A stretch of 64,000 bases of DNA from Octopus bimaculoides (GCF_001194135.2 NC_068998.1:22379459-22443458), one strand, 5' to 3'. Positions 13,380-26,470 are shown, numbered from the stretch's first letter. A program made the numbers and translations. Notes: generated from the sequence alone by a model not told the origin.

Positions 13380-13400
13380 GTCTCTCTCTCTCTCTCTGTA
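12745..13400. repeat. (GTAT)n, (CA)n, (ATCT)n, (CT)n microsatellite cluster
   Basis: Direct reading at about 12745-12805, 13050-13125 and 13330-13400. Confidence 0.95.
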
Positions 13401-14074
13401 TATACATATATATGTATNNNNNNNNNNNNNNNNNNNNNNNNNNNNNNNNNNNNNNNNNNNNNNNNNNNNNNNNNNNNNNNNNNNNNNNNNNNNNNNNNNN
13501 NNNNNNNNNNNNNNNNNNNNNNNNNNNNNNNNNNNNNNNNNNNNNNNNNNNNNNNNNNNNNNNNNNNNNNNNNNNNNNNNNNNNNNNNNNNNNNNNNNNN
13601 NNNNNNNNNNNNNNNNNNNNNNNNNNNNNNNNNNNNNNNNNNNNNNNNNNNNNNNNNNNNNNNNNNNNNNNNNNNNNNNNNNNNNNNNNNNNNNNNNNNN
13701 NNNNNNNNNNNNNNNNNNNNNNNNNNNNNNNNNNNNNNNNNNNNNNNNNNNNNNNNNNNNNNNNNNNNNNNNNNNNNNNNNNNNNNNNNNNNNNNNNNNN
13801 NNNNNNNNNNNNNNNNNNNNNNNNNNNNNNNNNNNNNNNNNNNNNNNNNNNNNNNNNNNNNNNNNNNNNNNNNNNNNNNNNNNNNNNNNNNNNNNNNNNN
13901 NNNNNNNNNNNNNNNNNNNNNNNNNNNNNNNNNNNNNNNNNNNNNNNNNNNNNNNNNNNNNNNNNNNNNNNNNNNNNNNNNNNNNNNNNNNNNNNNNNNN
14001 NNNNNNNNNNNNNNNNNNNNNNNNNNNNNNNNNNNNNNNNNNNNNNNNNNNNNNNNNNNNNNNNNNNNNNNNNT

Positions 14075-14210
14075 AATCATAAATATATAGGGATTGACAG
14101 TAACCTGCTTCTCCAACATACTGAGAATTCAGAAATAGCAGTCAAAGAACTACTGATTTCAAAACTACAATCCCTATATATTTATGATTATAAATTTTTA
14201 CCGAATGAAG
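14075..14210 (+). mobile_element. possible Penelope-like GIY-YIG C-terminal remnant
   Basis: EIAVKELLISKLQSL resembles the 'L.IKE..LI..L.P.LN' end of PLE endonucleases; adjacent to a gap. Confidence 0.3.
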
Positions 14211-14290
14211 GTTTTTTCATACTAAGCTACCCGGCAGAATTGTTAATTATTAATTTTATTACTAATTGATGATTCCCTGCCCTGCATATC

Positions 14291-14324
<34 letters not shown>

Positions 14325-16922
14325 GTAGAATAATAAAGAGTATGTTTTCAAAAAGCATCAAATTATTTCATACCTGGTAAGGAATTAAAGGCATGTGTAG
14401 CGTAAGCACCATTTCCCCTGCTTATGGGGAAATGAATCTTAAGATTCATAAGGAATATGGAGGAATGTAATCCTGAAACGAACATTCGAACACGTTATTT
14501 TCCTCTAACATATTACTGAAACGTCTTTTTAATGCCTATTACTTCCTCGATATTATATTTTGTATTTTTAAAAACGTCTTTTTCTATATTCAGTTATTAA
14601 TTTTATTCATATTCCATTATTATCATGCTTATATATCTATATATCTATATGACCTTGTATATTTTTAGTATTCATATATTCTTATATTTCTAATATATCA
14701 ATAGATGTTTCAGATTGAACAATACTTATTTTATCCTAATTAAACCCGTATATGTTTGTGTTAATCGTAGTTTGCCTGATTTGAAACTTTTCTATTGTAT
14801 TTATTACACTTGTCTAGCGCTTCGGGTTCAGTTTGATAAACTTCTGCGCTATCTATTTTTCCGAAAGATTTTTAATATTAAAAATATATTTTTCATATTC
14901 TTTTCTCGTTTCTGTATATATTTTTTGCCTGTATACTTTAAAAAAAAATCTTTTGCTATTAAAGCAAACAGTAAAACACACGTTCTTCACTTTGAAAATG
15001 GTTACTTGAACACGGTTTGAAAACGGTTACATATGAGTGTAACTTACTCTAAACACTATTATTAAGATTAAACTAAAAATTATTCCTTCCAAAACGACTC
15101 ATTCTTTAAACACACACACACACACGCGCGTATGTGTGTGTGTGTGTGTGTGGTATGCGTTAATACTATATCTACATACATGCGTGTTTGTGTGTGTGCG
15201 TGCACGTGTGTGTGTGTTTTCAAAGCAAAACATTGATATTTACATACGCTTTTTTTTTTTTTAATAGTTACATCAATTTTAATTTAGATTCCCTGGGAAA
15301 TATGTCAATTTGTGGCCATTCTGACATTCTGATACATACATGAATTATTTTATATTTCTGGACAAGCTAAGCCTACGTAAATATATTGGGTAAACATTGC
15401 ACGTAGATACTTGTAATTAAAGTAAATAGAGTGGAGCGCATACGCTCATTTTTCCTTAATATTTGGCTATGGTTAAACTGAAATTGATAAATTTAAAGTC
15501 TCTTTGTCTAAATTAGAAGGTACATATATCATAGAATTAGATAACACGTGTATTGAGATGAATAGAAATGTACTATATGAACATTTATTTCATATCTGGA
15601 AGATACAATTTCGTATTATTACAGTTTGATTTCGTATTTGTATTGATCACGTACTAAAATACGGTTTCATCCTATCTCCTTAACATCACCTATTTAGACT
15701 AGTTGTAAGTTAACAAGTAGGCTTTTGTGAAATTTTGTTAGTTGAGTTTAAATTGATGTGTGAAATTTGCTAACATATAGAAAAGTATATTTTTACTAGT
15801 GATGCTGCTATTTCTACAGCACATAATTGATTATATCAGCATAAAATTGATTCCCTTATCTCTAATATTCTTATCGTTATAGACAATAAGATCTAAATAA
15901 ATTGCTTTCGTTTTTCCACAATAACACCTACACTCTTTCGCATCTCGCTAAAATCTCGTTATACATCATTGAAAGTTCGGTGAAAATATATATTCTGAAG
16001 TTGGAATGCTTCTAACAGGATCTTTAAGGTTGCATTTATCTTCGCATTTCAGTGATTTATCGTACCTAAACTGGATGTTATGGAAGCCAGTTGAAATCTG
16101 TTTATATATTACATGGGAAACGTTGATCATTATTATATTATTATACAACTTAAATCATTCCAGTCACAGAAGTATGCTTTATTGACTGCTAGGAGATATT
16201 CATTGACGACATGTAGTCAATCACTAAGCATTGGCATGGAACATTTGATACAATTCGTGAATTAGATATCAGTTAATAATATGTGTAATCTCAACTGATG
16301 AACTAACGTACATATTCCAGTCGAATGAGATTTTCAGAGATTTTGTCCATTCATAGAACGTCGTCAAACACAATGAACAACTTCATGGATTGCATGACAA
16401 ATTCTATTTTAGGCCGCCCGATGATGGTAACAGAATTTTGAACACAACATGTCTTTAAAACTTTGATGCATTCTTTATCACAAAGTCTGGATAACAGCCA
16501 AGAACTTCATATTCTTTATACACTGCACTGCTGCACCTACGTACAAAATAGAACGAAATTTAGAATGTATCTTATATGTTTTATACTGCACAGAGAATGT
16601 AGGAAACGTAGTTAATACATAAACAATTATTTAAGAGAGTAGACAAATAATGGATGTCATGAAAATTTCACTCCTGAAGCTGATGGACCAGGTAGCAAAA
16701 ATGAATTCGCTTTGAAATTTCATGTCCGTATTAGGATATAGGAGGTTGAAAAAAATATATAGAACACTAGTATATTGATTGAGAGCTAAATTAAATTATA
16801 GAGATTCCAAATTTCACACACGGTCACACACTCAGTTTTCTCATCTGTATAAGGAAACAGGAAAGCATACAAATATATGAACATAAGTGCTTGCACACAC
16901 ATACATACACACCAATATGTGC

Positions 16923-16963
<41 letters not shown>

Positions 16964-17036
16964 CATACACACACATATGTATATATATATGTGTGTGTGT
17001 GTGTGTGTATGCATATATATATATACATATAGATAT

Positions 17037-17544
17037 ATACAGTGTACATTTAAACAGATAAGACAGATGGCCATAATAGGACATCTAACCCCTAGAAGGA
17101 GCAGTCAAACTCCAAACCACAATTAGGGATAATTTCGAAAAGGAATGAAAAAAAAAAAACATTTACCATCTAATACCTGAACCAAAGTTTCAAGCTATTT
17201 TCAGCAAAATAAAATAATTTGCTAGGCCAGCTATCTTCAGTAGGAAAGCCAAGATTAACACATAAATACGAGGCAATACATGGAAACATGCCACGTGCTT
17301 ATATATTATAATTTTTCATATCTTGGCTTTCCTGCTGATGATAGCTGGCCTAGCAAATAATCTTATTTTGCAGAAGATAACTTGAATCCTTGTTTCAGGA
17401 AATAGAGAGTAAATGTTTTTTTTTTTACTTTTCATTCCCTTTCGAAATTATCCCTAATTGTGGTTGGGAGATTGACTGCTCCTTCTAGTGGGTTAGATGT
17501 CCTATTATGGACATCTCTCTTATGTGTTTAAATGTACACTGTAT
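17037..17544. mobile_element. foldback/MITE with about 220-bp inverted arms, TA-CAGTG...CACTG-TA ends
   Basis: Arms 17037-17255 and 17320-17544 are reverse complements (cagtgtacatttaaac...cataataggacatctaacc...gaaggagcagtcaa...accacaattagggataatttcgaaa...gctaggccagctatc...ggaaagccaagat). CAGTG termini flanked by TA are Tc1-like. Confidence 0.92.
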
Positions 17545-17647
17545 GTATTTATATGAATAATATATAGTCTATTGAACTAGTTTTTTTTCTTCTCGCTAGA
17601 ACACTGGTAGCAAAAAGAAATTCTAAATTTTTTGCTACCCTATGATT

Positions 17648-17713
17648 TTTCTTCTTCTTCTTCTTCTTCTTCTTCTTCTTCTTCTTCTTCTTCTTCTTCT
17701 TCTTCTTCTTCTT

Positions 17714-17783
<70 letters not shown>
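17648..17783. repeat. (TTC)n switching to (TTA)n microsatellite
   Basis: Direct reading. Confidence 0.98.
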
Positions 17784-17784
<1 letters not shown>

Positions 17785-17970
17785 CAATAATATGTATATA
17801 TATATATATATATAATTATACCATATGTTATATATATAATTATATCATATGTTATATATATATATATATAAATATATATATACATAAATATATATATATA
17901 TATAATATATGGTATAATTATAAGCAGGGCAAATTTTAGCTATTTCTCTGCAGACTGAAAAAAAATGATA

Positions 17971-18021
17971 AACAACCTTAATAGATTTTCGAACCTTTTG
18001 AGGGTTCTCATCAGAGGCGTC
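17971..18021 (-). ncRNA. minimal type-I hammerhead ribozyme, intact core
   Basis: RNA: GACGCCU-CUGAUGA-GAACC-cucaaaa-GGUUC-GAA-AAUCUAUU-A^AGGUUGUU. Core CUGAUGA at 18014-18008, perfect 5-bp stem II, GAA at 17990-17988, short stem III, UUA triplet, stem I GCCU/AGGU. Predicted cut between 17979 and 17978. Confidence 0.75.
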
Positions 18022-18229
18022 GACACTATTCTGACACCTTCCAGAAGAACAAGCAACCAAACCTTTTAAATACACCACAAATGTAACAGTTACTCTATGA
18101 TAGAGTCTCTATTTGCATAGGGCTCTTAGTCCACACAGTATCAAAGTATGATATAATATGTAACATACGGTATAATTATAAACAGGGCAAATTTTAGCTA
18201 TTTCTCTGCGGACCGAAAAAAAAATGATG

Positions 18230-18279
18230 AACAACCTTAATCGATTTACGAAACTTTTGGGGTTTTCCTCAAAGGCGTC
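18230..18279 (-). ncRNA. second, core-mutated hammerhead copy
   Basis: RNA: GACGCCU-UUGAGGA-AAACCccaaaaGUUUC-GUA-AAUCGAUU-A^AGGUUGUU. C3U and A13U core changes and weakened stem II, but stem III is the perfect palindrome AAUCGAUU. Confidence 0.6.
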
Positions 18280-19677
18280 TACACCATTCTGACAGTCTCC
18301 AGCATATACATATATACATACACCACAACAGAAATATGAAGGTAGAAAATCACTTGTTTGATTATTAGTTCTACTGTTACAATACAGACGATTAAAATAT
18401 TTAGATATTTGGATACCGAAAATATCAGTCAAATTAATATAGCCGAAAGTACATGTTCACACGTAATCAAGGAAATCTAAATTTGGTTGAATTCCCCGAG
18501 AACTAAGAAGATATCTTTACTTGCCGAACGCAAATAAGAAAAACGTCAAGAACAATGTAATTCTAAGGAAAACTAGTTTGGTATTCAACTTTTGATTACT
18601 TTAATGGATAACAAAAGAATAAAAAAATAAACACATGGATTATACGTTGCGACCATTAGAAACATAGGGATTGTACGTCACAACAATTAGTTATCTGTCT
18701 TATTGAACATGCTAAACAGTTTTAGAAAAATTATACTGCTTATATTATATGGACTGTAATTATAATTATGAAATAAAATATTTAAATGCCGTTCTAATTT
18801 TTTGACATTTCAATGAAAATTGTCAGCTTAATGTCATGATATTAATCTTGTAGTAATTATATAACACATTTCCTCAAGGCAAAGGTCACATTTAAAAATT
18901 ACCAGTATTGTATGATGAGGTGTAAGTAATAACAGACCAATATTAAATCATACTTAGTGTTCTTATGTATCAAATTACAAATGAATTTACTCTAGTGATT
19001 ATAATTACCCCCCCCCCCCTTCAATAATTAAATGAATGAAATGGTTATGAAATCGAGATTTCCAAATTATAGCAGATGAACCTATGAAATAACACATATG
19101 ATCCCTGGTATGACCTTACATTGTCACACTATATTTCTCCTGATTTTCTAAAGGACAGATAAATCCCTTTTACGATTACACAGGCATTTATTCACTAGTT
19201 CATGGTTTTTAAAGATTAATTACTAATCCTGCTCTCAGAATGAGGTGTTAAGGCAGGATTATTATTAGTCTTGTAATTAATATTAAAAGTAGGTTTTAAC
19301 TTTATTATCAGTCAGAATTTTACTTGTGTCTAAATCTAGCCAGATATTTTTACTAGGGATATGCTATTTATGGAGAGATTTATTATAAAAAAAAACTAAC
19401 GTGTGGGAAAATAGAGTTACTTCCCTTAAACTGTATAGTTACTTATTAGTATAGTTATTTCCCTTAGTCCTATTCATGCACACTGTTGGTTATATCCTCC
19501 CTAATAAGATTGATGCATTGTTCCACATTATGCATCCTCTCGGTTTTATTTTAATGCATCTATGGAAACATATGTCGGTGATACGATGATACAAATGGTT
19601 TAAATAACATATTGAGCGTGTGAGTCTCCATTTTCCATTATTCTCTCTCTCTCTCTCTCACTCTCACACACACACAC

Positions 19678-19721
<44 letters not shown>

Positions 19722-19722
<1 letters not shown>

Positions 19723-19843
19723 CACGAGGGCTTCTTTCAGCTTCCGTTTACTTATCCATTGTCAAGATTTTTATCGACCTTAGGCTGTAGCAGAAGACAC
19801 TTCATCAAGGTGCCACGTAGTGGACTGAGCCCGGAACCATATT
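19722..19843 (-). mobile_element. SINE family A, 5' part
   Basis: Reverse complement gives ggttccgggctcagtccactacgtggcaccttgatgaagtgtcttctgctacagcc...aaacggaagctgaaagaagccc. Confidence 0.85.
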
Positions 19844-19859
19844 CTGCAAATAATATTTA

Positions 19860-20598
19860 AAAGCTTTAAAGTACGTGGGTGGAAACCTTAAGCCTTGAGT
19901 TTCGGTGTTTCTTCTTTCCCTACCAAATGTCTTCGGCGCTTGATATTTTTATAGAGAACCCGTTTCTCGTCACCAGTCACAATTCGGTCTAAAAAAGGTT
20001 CGTTTCGGAGCCGTGAAAGCAAAGAAGAGCACACATTCATTCTGCGCGCGATTAGACTCGGAATGTTTGAGAGTAAACATAGACACAATTTGGTGGCTTT
20101 CCCGATGTCACACAGGTGTCAATAAATGGCTGAATGACCAAATCAAAGATAGTTCCTCAACAGTTACGATGGGAATTTGTTCAACCAGGGTTTGCAGGAC
20201 GTCCTCGTCGAGCTCTCCGGATTTTTCAGGTCGAGGCAAGTCTTCCAGGCTGTAGTTTCCGGTTCGTAAATTTCTGGAACCACCGTTGACACTGGCTCGC
20301 GCTTATTATTCAATTCCCATACATTGCATTAATGTTCCCCGCAGTTTCCATTGCGTCATTGCCTTTATTGAACTCATACAGCAAAATATGCCGAATATGC
20401 TCCATTGTCACTTCCATTACAGTTTTAAAAAATAACAGGTAAGATCGAACCGCACTCGTCAAAACTTGCTGTAAGAATAAGTACAAGGTAAAATTAGTAG
20501 CTGCTTTTATAGGAAAAGTCAGGTAGTTTGTCTTGTACCCCTGCGATTTTTAGCTCATACAATTGAAGAAACCGCATTATTTATGAGATAAAACAATA
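19860..20598 (-). mobile_element. mariner transposon, 5' half (degenerate transposase)
   Basis: Terminal-repeat-like tattg...cataaataatgcggttt at about 20598. ATG at 20417 gives MEVTMEHIRHILLYEFNKG. EDLPRPEKSGEL resembles the HTH linker. RMNVCSSLLSRLRNEPFLDRIVTGDEKRVLY contains the first catalytic D of DD34D. Truncated thereafter. Confidence 0.9.
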
Positions 20599-20609
20599 TA
20601 TACATATAT

Positions 20610-20682
20610 ACGACGGGCTTTTACAGCTTCCGTCAACCAGTTCTTTTTACAAGGATGTGGTCAGCCCACGGGTGTAGCAGAA

Positions 20683-20685
<3 letters not shown>
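20610..20685 (-). mobile_element. SINE family A fragment
   Basis: cgacgggcttttacagcttccgtcaacca is the reverse complement of the tagacggaaactgaaagaagcc(c/t)gtcg segment. Confidence 0.65.
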
Positions 20686-20714
<29 letters not shown>

Positions 20715-22839
20715 NNNNNNNNNNNNNNNNNNNNNNNNNNNNNNNNNNNNNNNNNNNNNNNNNNNNNNNNNNNNNNNNNNNNNNNNNNNNNNNNNNNNNN
20801 NNNNNNNNNNNNNNNNNNNNNNNNNNNNNNNNNNNNNNNNNNTATATATATATATATATATTAGTATTGTATTTCGTGTTTAATTGTAATTCGTTATCAA
20901 ATACTGCTTATTTTATTTCATCTCTTGTATCTTTGTTCTTCATTTTGCGGCTCATTATATTGCTATCATCGACTGGTCTATTTCAGTTTGACTCCGTATC
21001 ACTTAATCTGTACACTGTTATAATTGATTTGATGTAAGACTTATTTCAAAATTATTTTAGAGGAAATTCCTAGGAAGATGTAGTATTACAACATCTGAAT
21101 TTCAGTTGACGTTTATGATCAATATGATATATATTAAGTACCAACTGAAACGTTCGTAATGAATTATCTAATATATCAACTGCTTGCCTCTTGCTTGTTC
21201 TCTTAAGTTCTCTGTTATTTTGCTTCTTACGAAATACTCCCAATCCGTACTGGTGCTGCATTTATTTCATTTTACCTCTGTTGGAGTTTAACACAGAGAA
21301 TGGTCAAACCCAAACCGCGTATTGTAATTTGTCGCATATGAACCGCATCACTACCTAGTTATTCAAATAAACAAATATTGTATACACGCACACACGAACA
21401 CATTCGCTGTGCACACACGCACCCACACACACACACACACAAACACACACACAAACACACACACAAACACACACACACAAATAGATACATGTGTGTGTAT
21501 TCGTATGTTAAATATGCATTTATAATTTCCAAACATAACTGAGAAAACATCAAGCATAAGTTTACATATGTTTTACGTCACATATTGTATATTGTTTGTA
21601 TGTGGACGCACACATAGACACGGACACACGCAATTCCACATACACACACACGCGCGCGCAAAAACAAAAATACACATTCTCCTAAATATAGACATAGGTG
21701 CATTTGAGACATGTCCAGGAATTAAATTTTGGAATGAATTGTATCATACTAAAGCTCAGCTGTTTTCTAATGTTCATAACGCAAGTTAAGTATAGAGACA
21801 ATGTTTGAAGTCATGTGCTTTTTTAAATGGAAATCCCGAGCGAAACTTCCTTTTCTAATGCATCTTTTCATATTAGCAGATCCTTGAAGAACATTTTAAT
21901 TGAAATTGTGGTTTCTTATTAATTTGATTTTCAAGTAATATTCCCTTTTGTATATTAATTTGCAATCATTTTGCTATCTCTAAACTAGTTTTAAAATATA
22001 TAATTTACTCAAAGGGAGAAATTATTTTCTTCTATTTTAAGTTTTGAATATCCGACAACTCAATATAAGGATAGGAGAATTATATATATATATATATATA
22101 TTCATTTTTTCATTTTATCTAGTTTCATCTCATGAGCTGTGGCTTTGCTATATATAGTATTTTATTCTTTTATTCTTTTACACACACACACATATTCTTC
22201 TATTCTTATATNNNNNNNNNNNNNNNNNNNNNNNNNNNNNNNNNNNNNNNNNNNNNNNNNNNNNNNNNNNNNNNNNNNNNNNNNNNNNNNNNNNNNNNNN
22301 NNNNNNNNNNNNNNNNNNNNNNNNNNNNNNNNNNNNNNNNNNNNNNNNNNNNNNNNNNNNNNNNNNNNNNNNNNNNNNNNNNNNNNACGCAGATTGAGAA
22401 TAGATGGAAAAGCACAGATTTGTTTTACAGGATTAAGGAGTATATTAGAGTCACAATAATAAAGATGTTATACAATTATGTAGAAAATAAGATTTTGTTC
22501 TTTCAACATAATTAAACTAAGGACCAGTTTCGCATTGCTTCTCAAGATAAAATGTTGTAAAATATACATATTGCTAAGGGGAAAACATATTACTACGGGA
22601 GATAATTGTTCATTCATTTATTTCACAGTAAAGGGGAAGTGTATCTGTAAGTTTTTTGGTCTGTATTTTATTCTGGCTTATATATTACAACATATATGTA
22701 AATCCTATACTTTTGATATGGTTTCATACTTAATTCTGTCTTATATTTTTGGTTCAATGAAGCTTCTTTATTCAGTCTTCCTTTGCCCCCTTCACGGGAT
22801 AGATGAGAAAGACGAGCCCCACGCACAATGCTAAACTAA

Positions 22840-25050
22840 ACTAAGAACCTTTAAACACTCATACACACAAAACAATCCAAGAGTTCAACATAATCATCCA
22901 CCCAACCTAGATCCCTACTTTTACACAGACAGGTCATACTAACACACCAACAACCAACATTTTCTAGCCCCAGAACAGGGAAAACGGGTCGCATTTTGGA
23001 GCACACAAAATACCAGCGAAAGAACTAACACCCAGATATCTATGCATGCAAAACAACCCAAGACAACAATATCACCATACACCCAACCACTATTTGTCCA
23101 CAGGCGTTTCGTACCAACATTACCACGACCAACATGTTTTAGCTCCAGACAATTACGGCTTACAGAAGCACTGGCTGATCGTAATAACGAAGATGATTCA
23201 CTAGTTAAAAACAGAAATCCTCCACAAAGAAAGAAATAAAAATTTCGACGAATCGAAACTTTTCTCTAGCACGCCCTGCACAAACAAAAAATTACATCAA
23301 ATTTCAGCACCGCCCAATGGAAAGGACTACCTGAAATGCAAAACGATGAAGAAATTATAATCAAAGAAGCTTAGTAATGGACACATTATACTACAAAAAT
23401 AAATTAGTATCCATGACGAACATTACGAAAACAATCAATAATTACCCCCCCTCCCCCACGAAAACAAAAATGAAGAACCTCTTTTCACTAATCCAAGCCC
23501 ACGGAAAAGACCTAACAAGAAAGAAATAGACTATATGACAAACTTTAAATGTAAACCCTGCCTATTCTGTGGTCTACCTAAAATTCACAAAAGCCAAACT
23601 TTTAACAATGCCATCAAAAATTTCCAAAGGCATACATACCTGTACCAGCGCAAAAAGACCTAACATTATGGCCTATTGTAGCTGGACTAAACTGTGAAAC
23701 ACATTCATTAAGTTGTCTCATGGACATTCTCCTGAAACCATTTCTAAAACATATCAAGAGTCATATTAGAGATGATTTAGATATGTTAAATCACCTTCCA
23801 GAAAGGGTGGAGAAGGAAACAAACATGGTCTCATTCGTTGTGATTAATTCATACACCAACATACTCCATAATTATGGAACAGAAAGAATCCGTTTCTGAC
23901 TTGACTATTATCCAGAAGAAATACTAGAACGGATCAACAAAGACATCATAATCAAATCAATTAAATTCATCCTCCAAAACAGCCATTTCATGTTTGACAC
24001 CACAGTTTATCGCTAAAAATTTGGAATTGTATTTGGAACCAGGGCAGCTCCAACCATTGCTAATCGAAGAATGGGCTATTTAGAAATAACTGTGTATCAG
24101 GAGCCATTTTCAAAATTTGAAAACTCTCTCTCCCAATACATAAAAAAAAAATTGGAAAAGATTTTTGGACGACTGCTTCATCCTCTAGAATGAAAATATA
24201 GAGAAGATCCTGGCGTTGAAAAGACTCCTCAGCAGCGTTAACACCATTATACGATTCACAATGGAGCATGACCATAAGGAACTCCCATTCCTAGACACAC
24301 TGATTAAAAAATATATACAAAAAATAGAAACGGACGTTTTTTCACAAGAACACAAACGCTAAACTATATCTATTACTTAGCTCATGTCACCTGAGACATA
24401 TCAAAACAAATATCCCCTTCAACGTTGCAAGAAAGATTTGCACCGTATTATACGAAAAAATATTAGAGGACTCAGATTGCAAGAGCTTAAAAAAGTACTG
24501 CAGGACTGGCACTATCCAACTCAACTCATATTGATATTAAAACATTAAGAAAAGCCAAACACAACACACCTACCCTTAAAACACTAACTTATGTCTCCAC
24601 ACACAACCCCAAAAATAAAGAAACATTTAATATCATCGTCCAAAATCCCCAAATACTCCATAAGGGCCCCAAACTTAAGGCAATTCTACGTAACCATAAA
24701 ATCAGTAAGAGCAGCAAACAATCTAAACATTAAAGAAGATCCTCACAAATGCCAAACTATTCTCTAGAAAAACAGACGCATAAGTCGAAAAGTTTGGTCA
24801 CCCTAATTGCGGACATGTCCCAATCTGTTAGAAGGATCGGAATTCCATTTCAGACAAGGGCAAATATTTAAAATCAAATGTAACTTTACTAGCGCATCTC
24901 AAAACCTTATTTACGTAATTAGATGCTCGGGATTCCATCGAAACTATATTGGTTTGACAGGAATGTCGATCAGACAGAGATGTGCGGTCCACGGACAACA
25001 AATATCCACCCCACAATATCACCAAATATATCTCAGTCAATATATTGACT
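22840..25050 (+). mobile_element. Penelope-like element (RT plus GIY-YIG endonuclease), degenerate
   Basis: KPCLFCGLPKIHK (about 23553), WPIVAG, GIVFGTRAAPTIANRRMGYLE (about 24022), WKRFLDDCF (24153-24179), LPFLDTL, ARKICT, and NLIYVIRC...YIGLTG..IRQRC..H (ORF 24807-25112). This is the PLE domain order, with many stops and frameshifts. Confidence 0.92.
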
Positions 25051-25375
25051 TCTACTATAGCCTTGTGAGTGGATTTGGTAGACAGAAGCACAAAGAATCC
25101 CGTCGTATATAGATATATAACTACATATTTGTGTGTGTATGTGTGTGTGTGTGTGTTTTTGTCTGTTTTTGTTCCCCACCACCATCAGTGGACAACCGAT
25201 GTTGCTTTTTTTATGCCGATGTTAGTGTTAGTGGTTCAGCAAAGTAGACTGAAAGAATAAGTACTAGCGTTGCAAATACAAGGGCTGGGGTCGATTCATT
25301 CGATTAATTAACCTCAAAGGCGTTGCTCCAACATGGTCGCAGTGAGATGACTAAAACAAGTAAAACAATAAAATA
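25047..25375 (+). mobile_element. SINE family A, 5'-truncated and diverged
   Basis: cttctactatagccttgtgagtggatttggtagacaga...(tg)n...gacaaccgatg...ataagtactag...ggggtcgatt...gctccaacatggtcgcagt...aaacaagtaaaa. Confidence 0.85.
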
Positions 25376-25489
25376 ATGGAAGAGTATATATATATTTGGA
25401 TATATATATATATTCGTATGTGTGTGTGTGTATGTGTGTGTTTGCGTGTGTGTGTATCCGTATAATACACGCACACTATGATATATATT

Positions 25490-26470
25490 TATCAATACGA
25501 TTTTTGGAAGAGAGCAGTACAAAACAAGAGATGAAATCCAGCGAAAGACTAAAGAATCAAATTTATTGGTTAGAGAATTACCCGCAAATGTATGGGATGG
25601 ACTTCATGAAAACCTCGACAAATAATAATTATAAAAAGACACTCCCCAGTAGTAGTTCACAAACAGATCGCAATGATCGTACAACTCTGCCAGACCTAAG
25701 GTCCCAAAAATCGAGAAAAGACAAATATTTCAGCAAGATCTAAATAAAATAGAATTAAAAATTAAGAAACCCAACCAACACGCAAAGATAAAACCATAGA
25801 AGAACCGTAAATTACTTTTATTTAACCCAAAGTAACCGTAATCCTCAACAACAATATCGAAGATTTAATAACTGGTCCAACCACTCAGAATCGAAATATT
25901 GTGATAATGATAACAATACCAACAATAATAATAATCTTTTTTTGTTTAGGATATACGAACTCAAAACAGACACGAAAGAGAAGCCTAAGGATACAGGAAA
26001 TAGATGGAATTTTAAAATAAATAAAGAGAAGACTAATATAAAAGTAATAAATATTTCAGAAAGAAACCTCATGGAAAACGAAGTTAGGATTCTAAAATAC
26101 GGACTCAAATTTTCACCAACACCGCAACCCAACACTATAGAACTTATTAAGAAAATTCACCTTAAAGATTTCTTTTAAAACAAATTCTCTGAAGACGTAT
26201 CAATCGTGAAGAATCAGATAATCCAGTAAACAAAAACAGATACTTAGAGGAATATATAATGTATGTAGAAATTCTGCAAAATCCGATCTCACAATGGGCC
26301 ATGCAAAATAAAAAACTACGCATGAAGAAAAAGAATCTTTGGAATCTTTACAACAAGATCACTTAATAATTATTAAATAAGCTGACAAAGGAGAGGTAAT
26401 TGTCAATGGACAAACTCCATTATAGAAAAATTATCCATGAGATAGGTATACATTAAAGAAGATTAGTAAA
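25490..26470 (+). mobile_element. second Penelope-like element, N-terminal part
   Basis: KVINISERNLMENEVRILKYGLKFSPTPQP (ORF 25942-26178) and LIIIK*ADKG.VI.MDKLHY (about 26360-26425), homologous to EIIIKEA..VMDTLYY at about 23350. Confidence 0.8.

Larger units (their letters stand above)
17905..18325 (-). repeat. tandem unit of about 259 bp (about 1.6 copies), each copy with a hammerhead motif; retrozyme/PLE pseudo-LTR-like
   Basis: ggtataattataa.cagggcaaattttagctatttctctgc.gac.gaaaa...aacaaccttaat.gattt...aggcgtc.acac.attctgaca occurs at about 17911-18045 and 18169-18303. Confidence 0.9.

Noticed and set aside
14440-14495. agga...tcct-gaaacg downstream of a possible PLE end
   Set aside because: CUGANGA is not recognisable; at best a fully decayed motif.
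21105-21160. ttgacg-tttatga...gaaacgtt-cgtaa hammerhead-like layout
   Set aside because: Two core mismatches and no coherent stem II.
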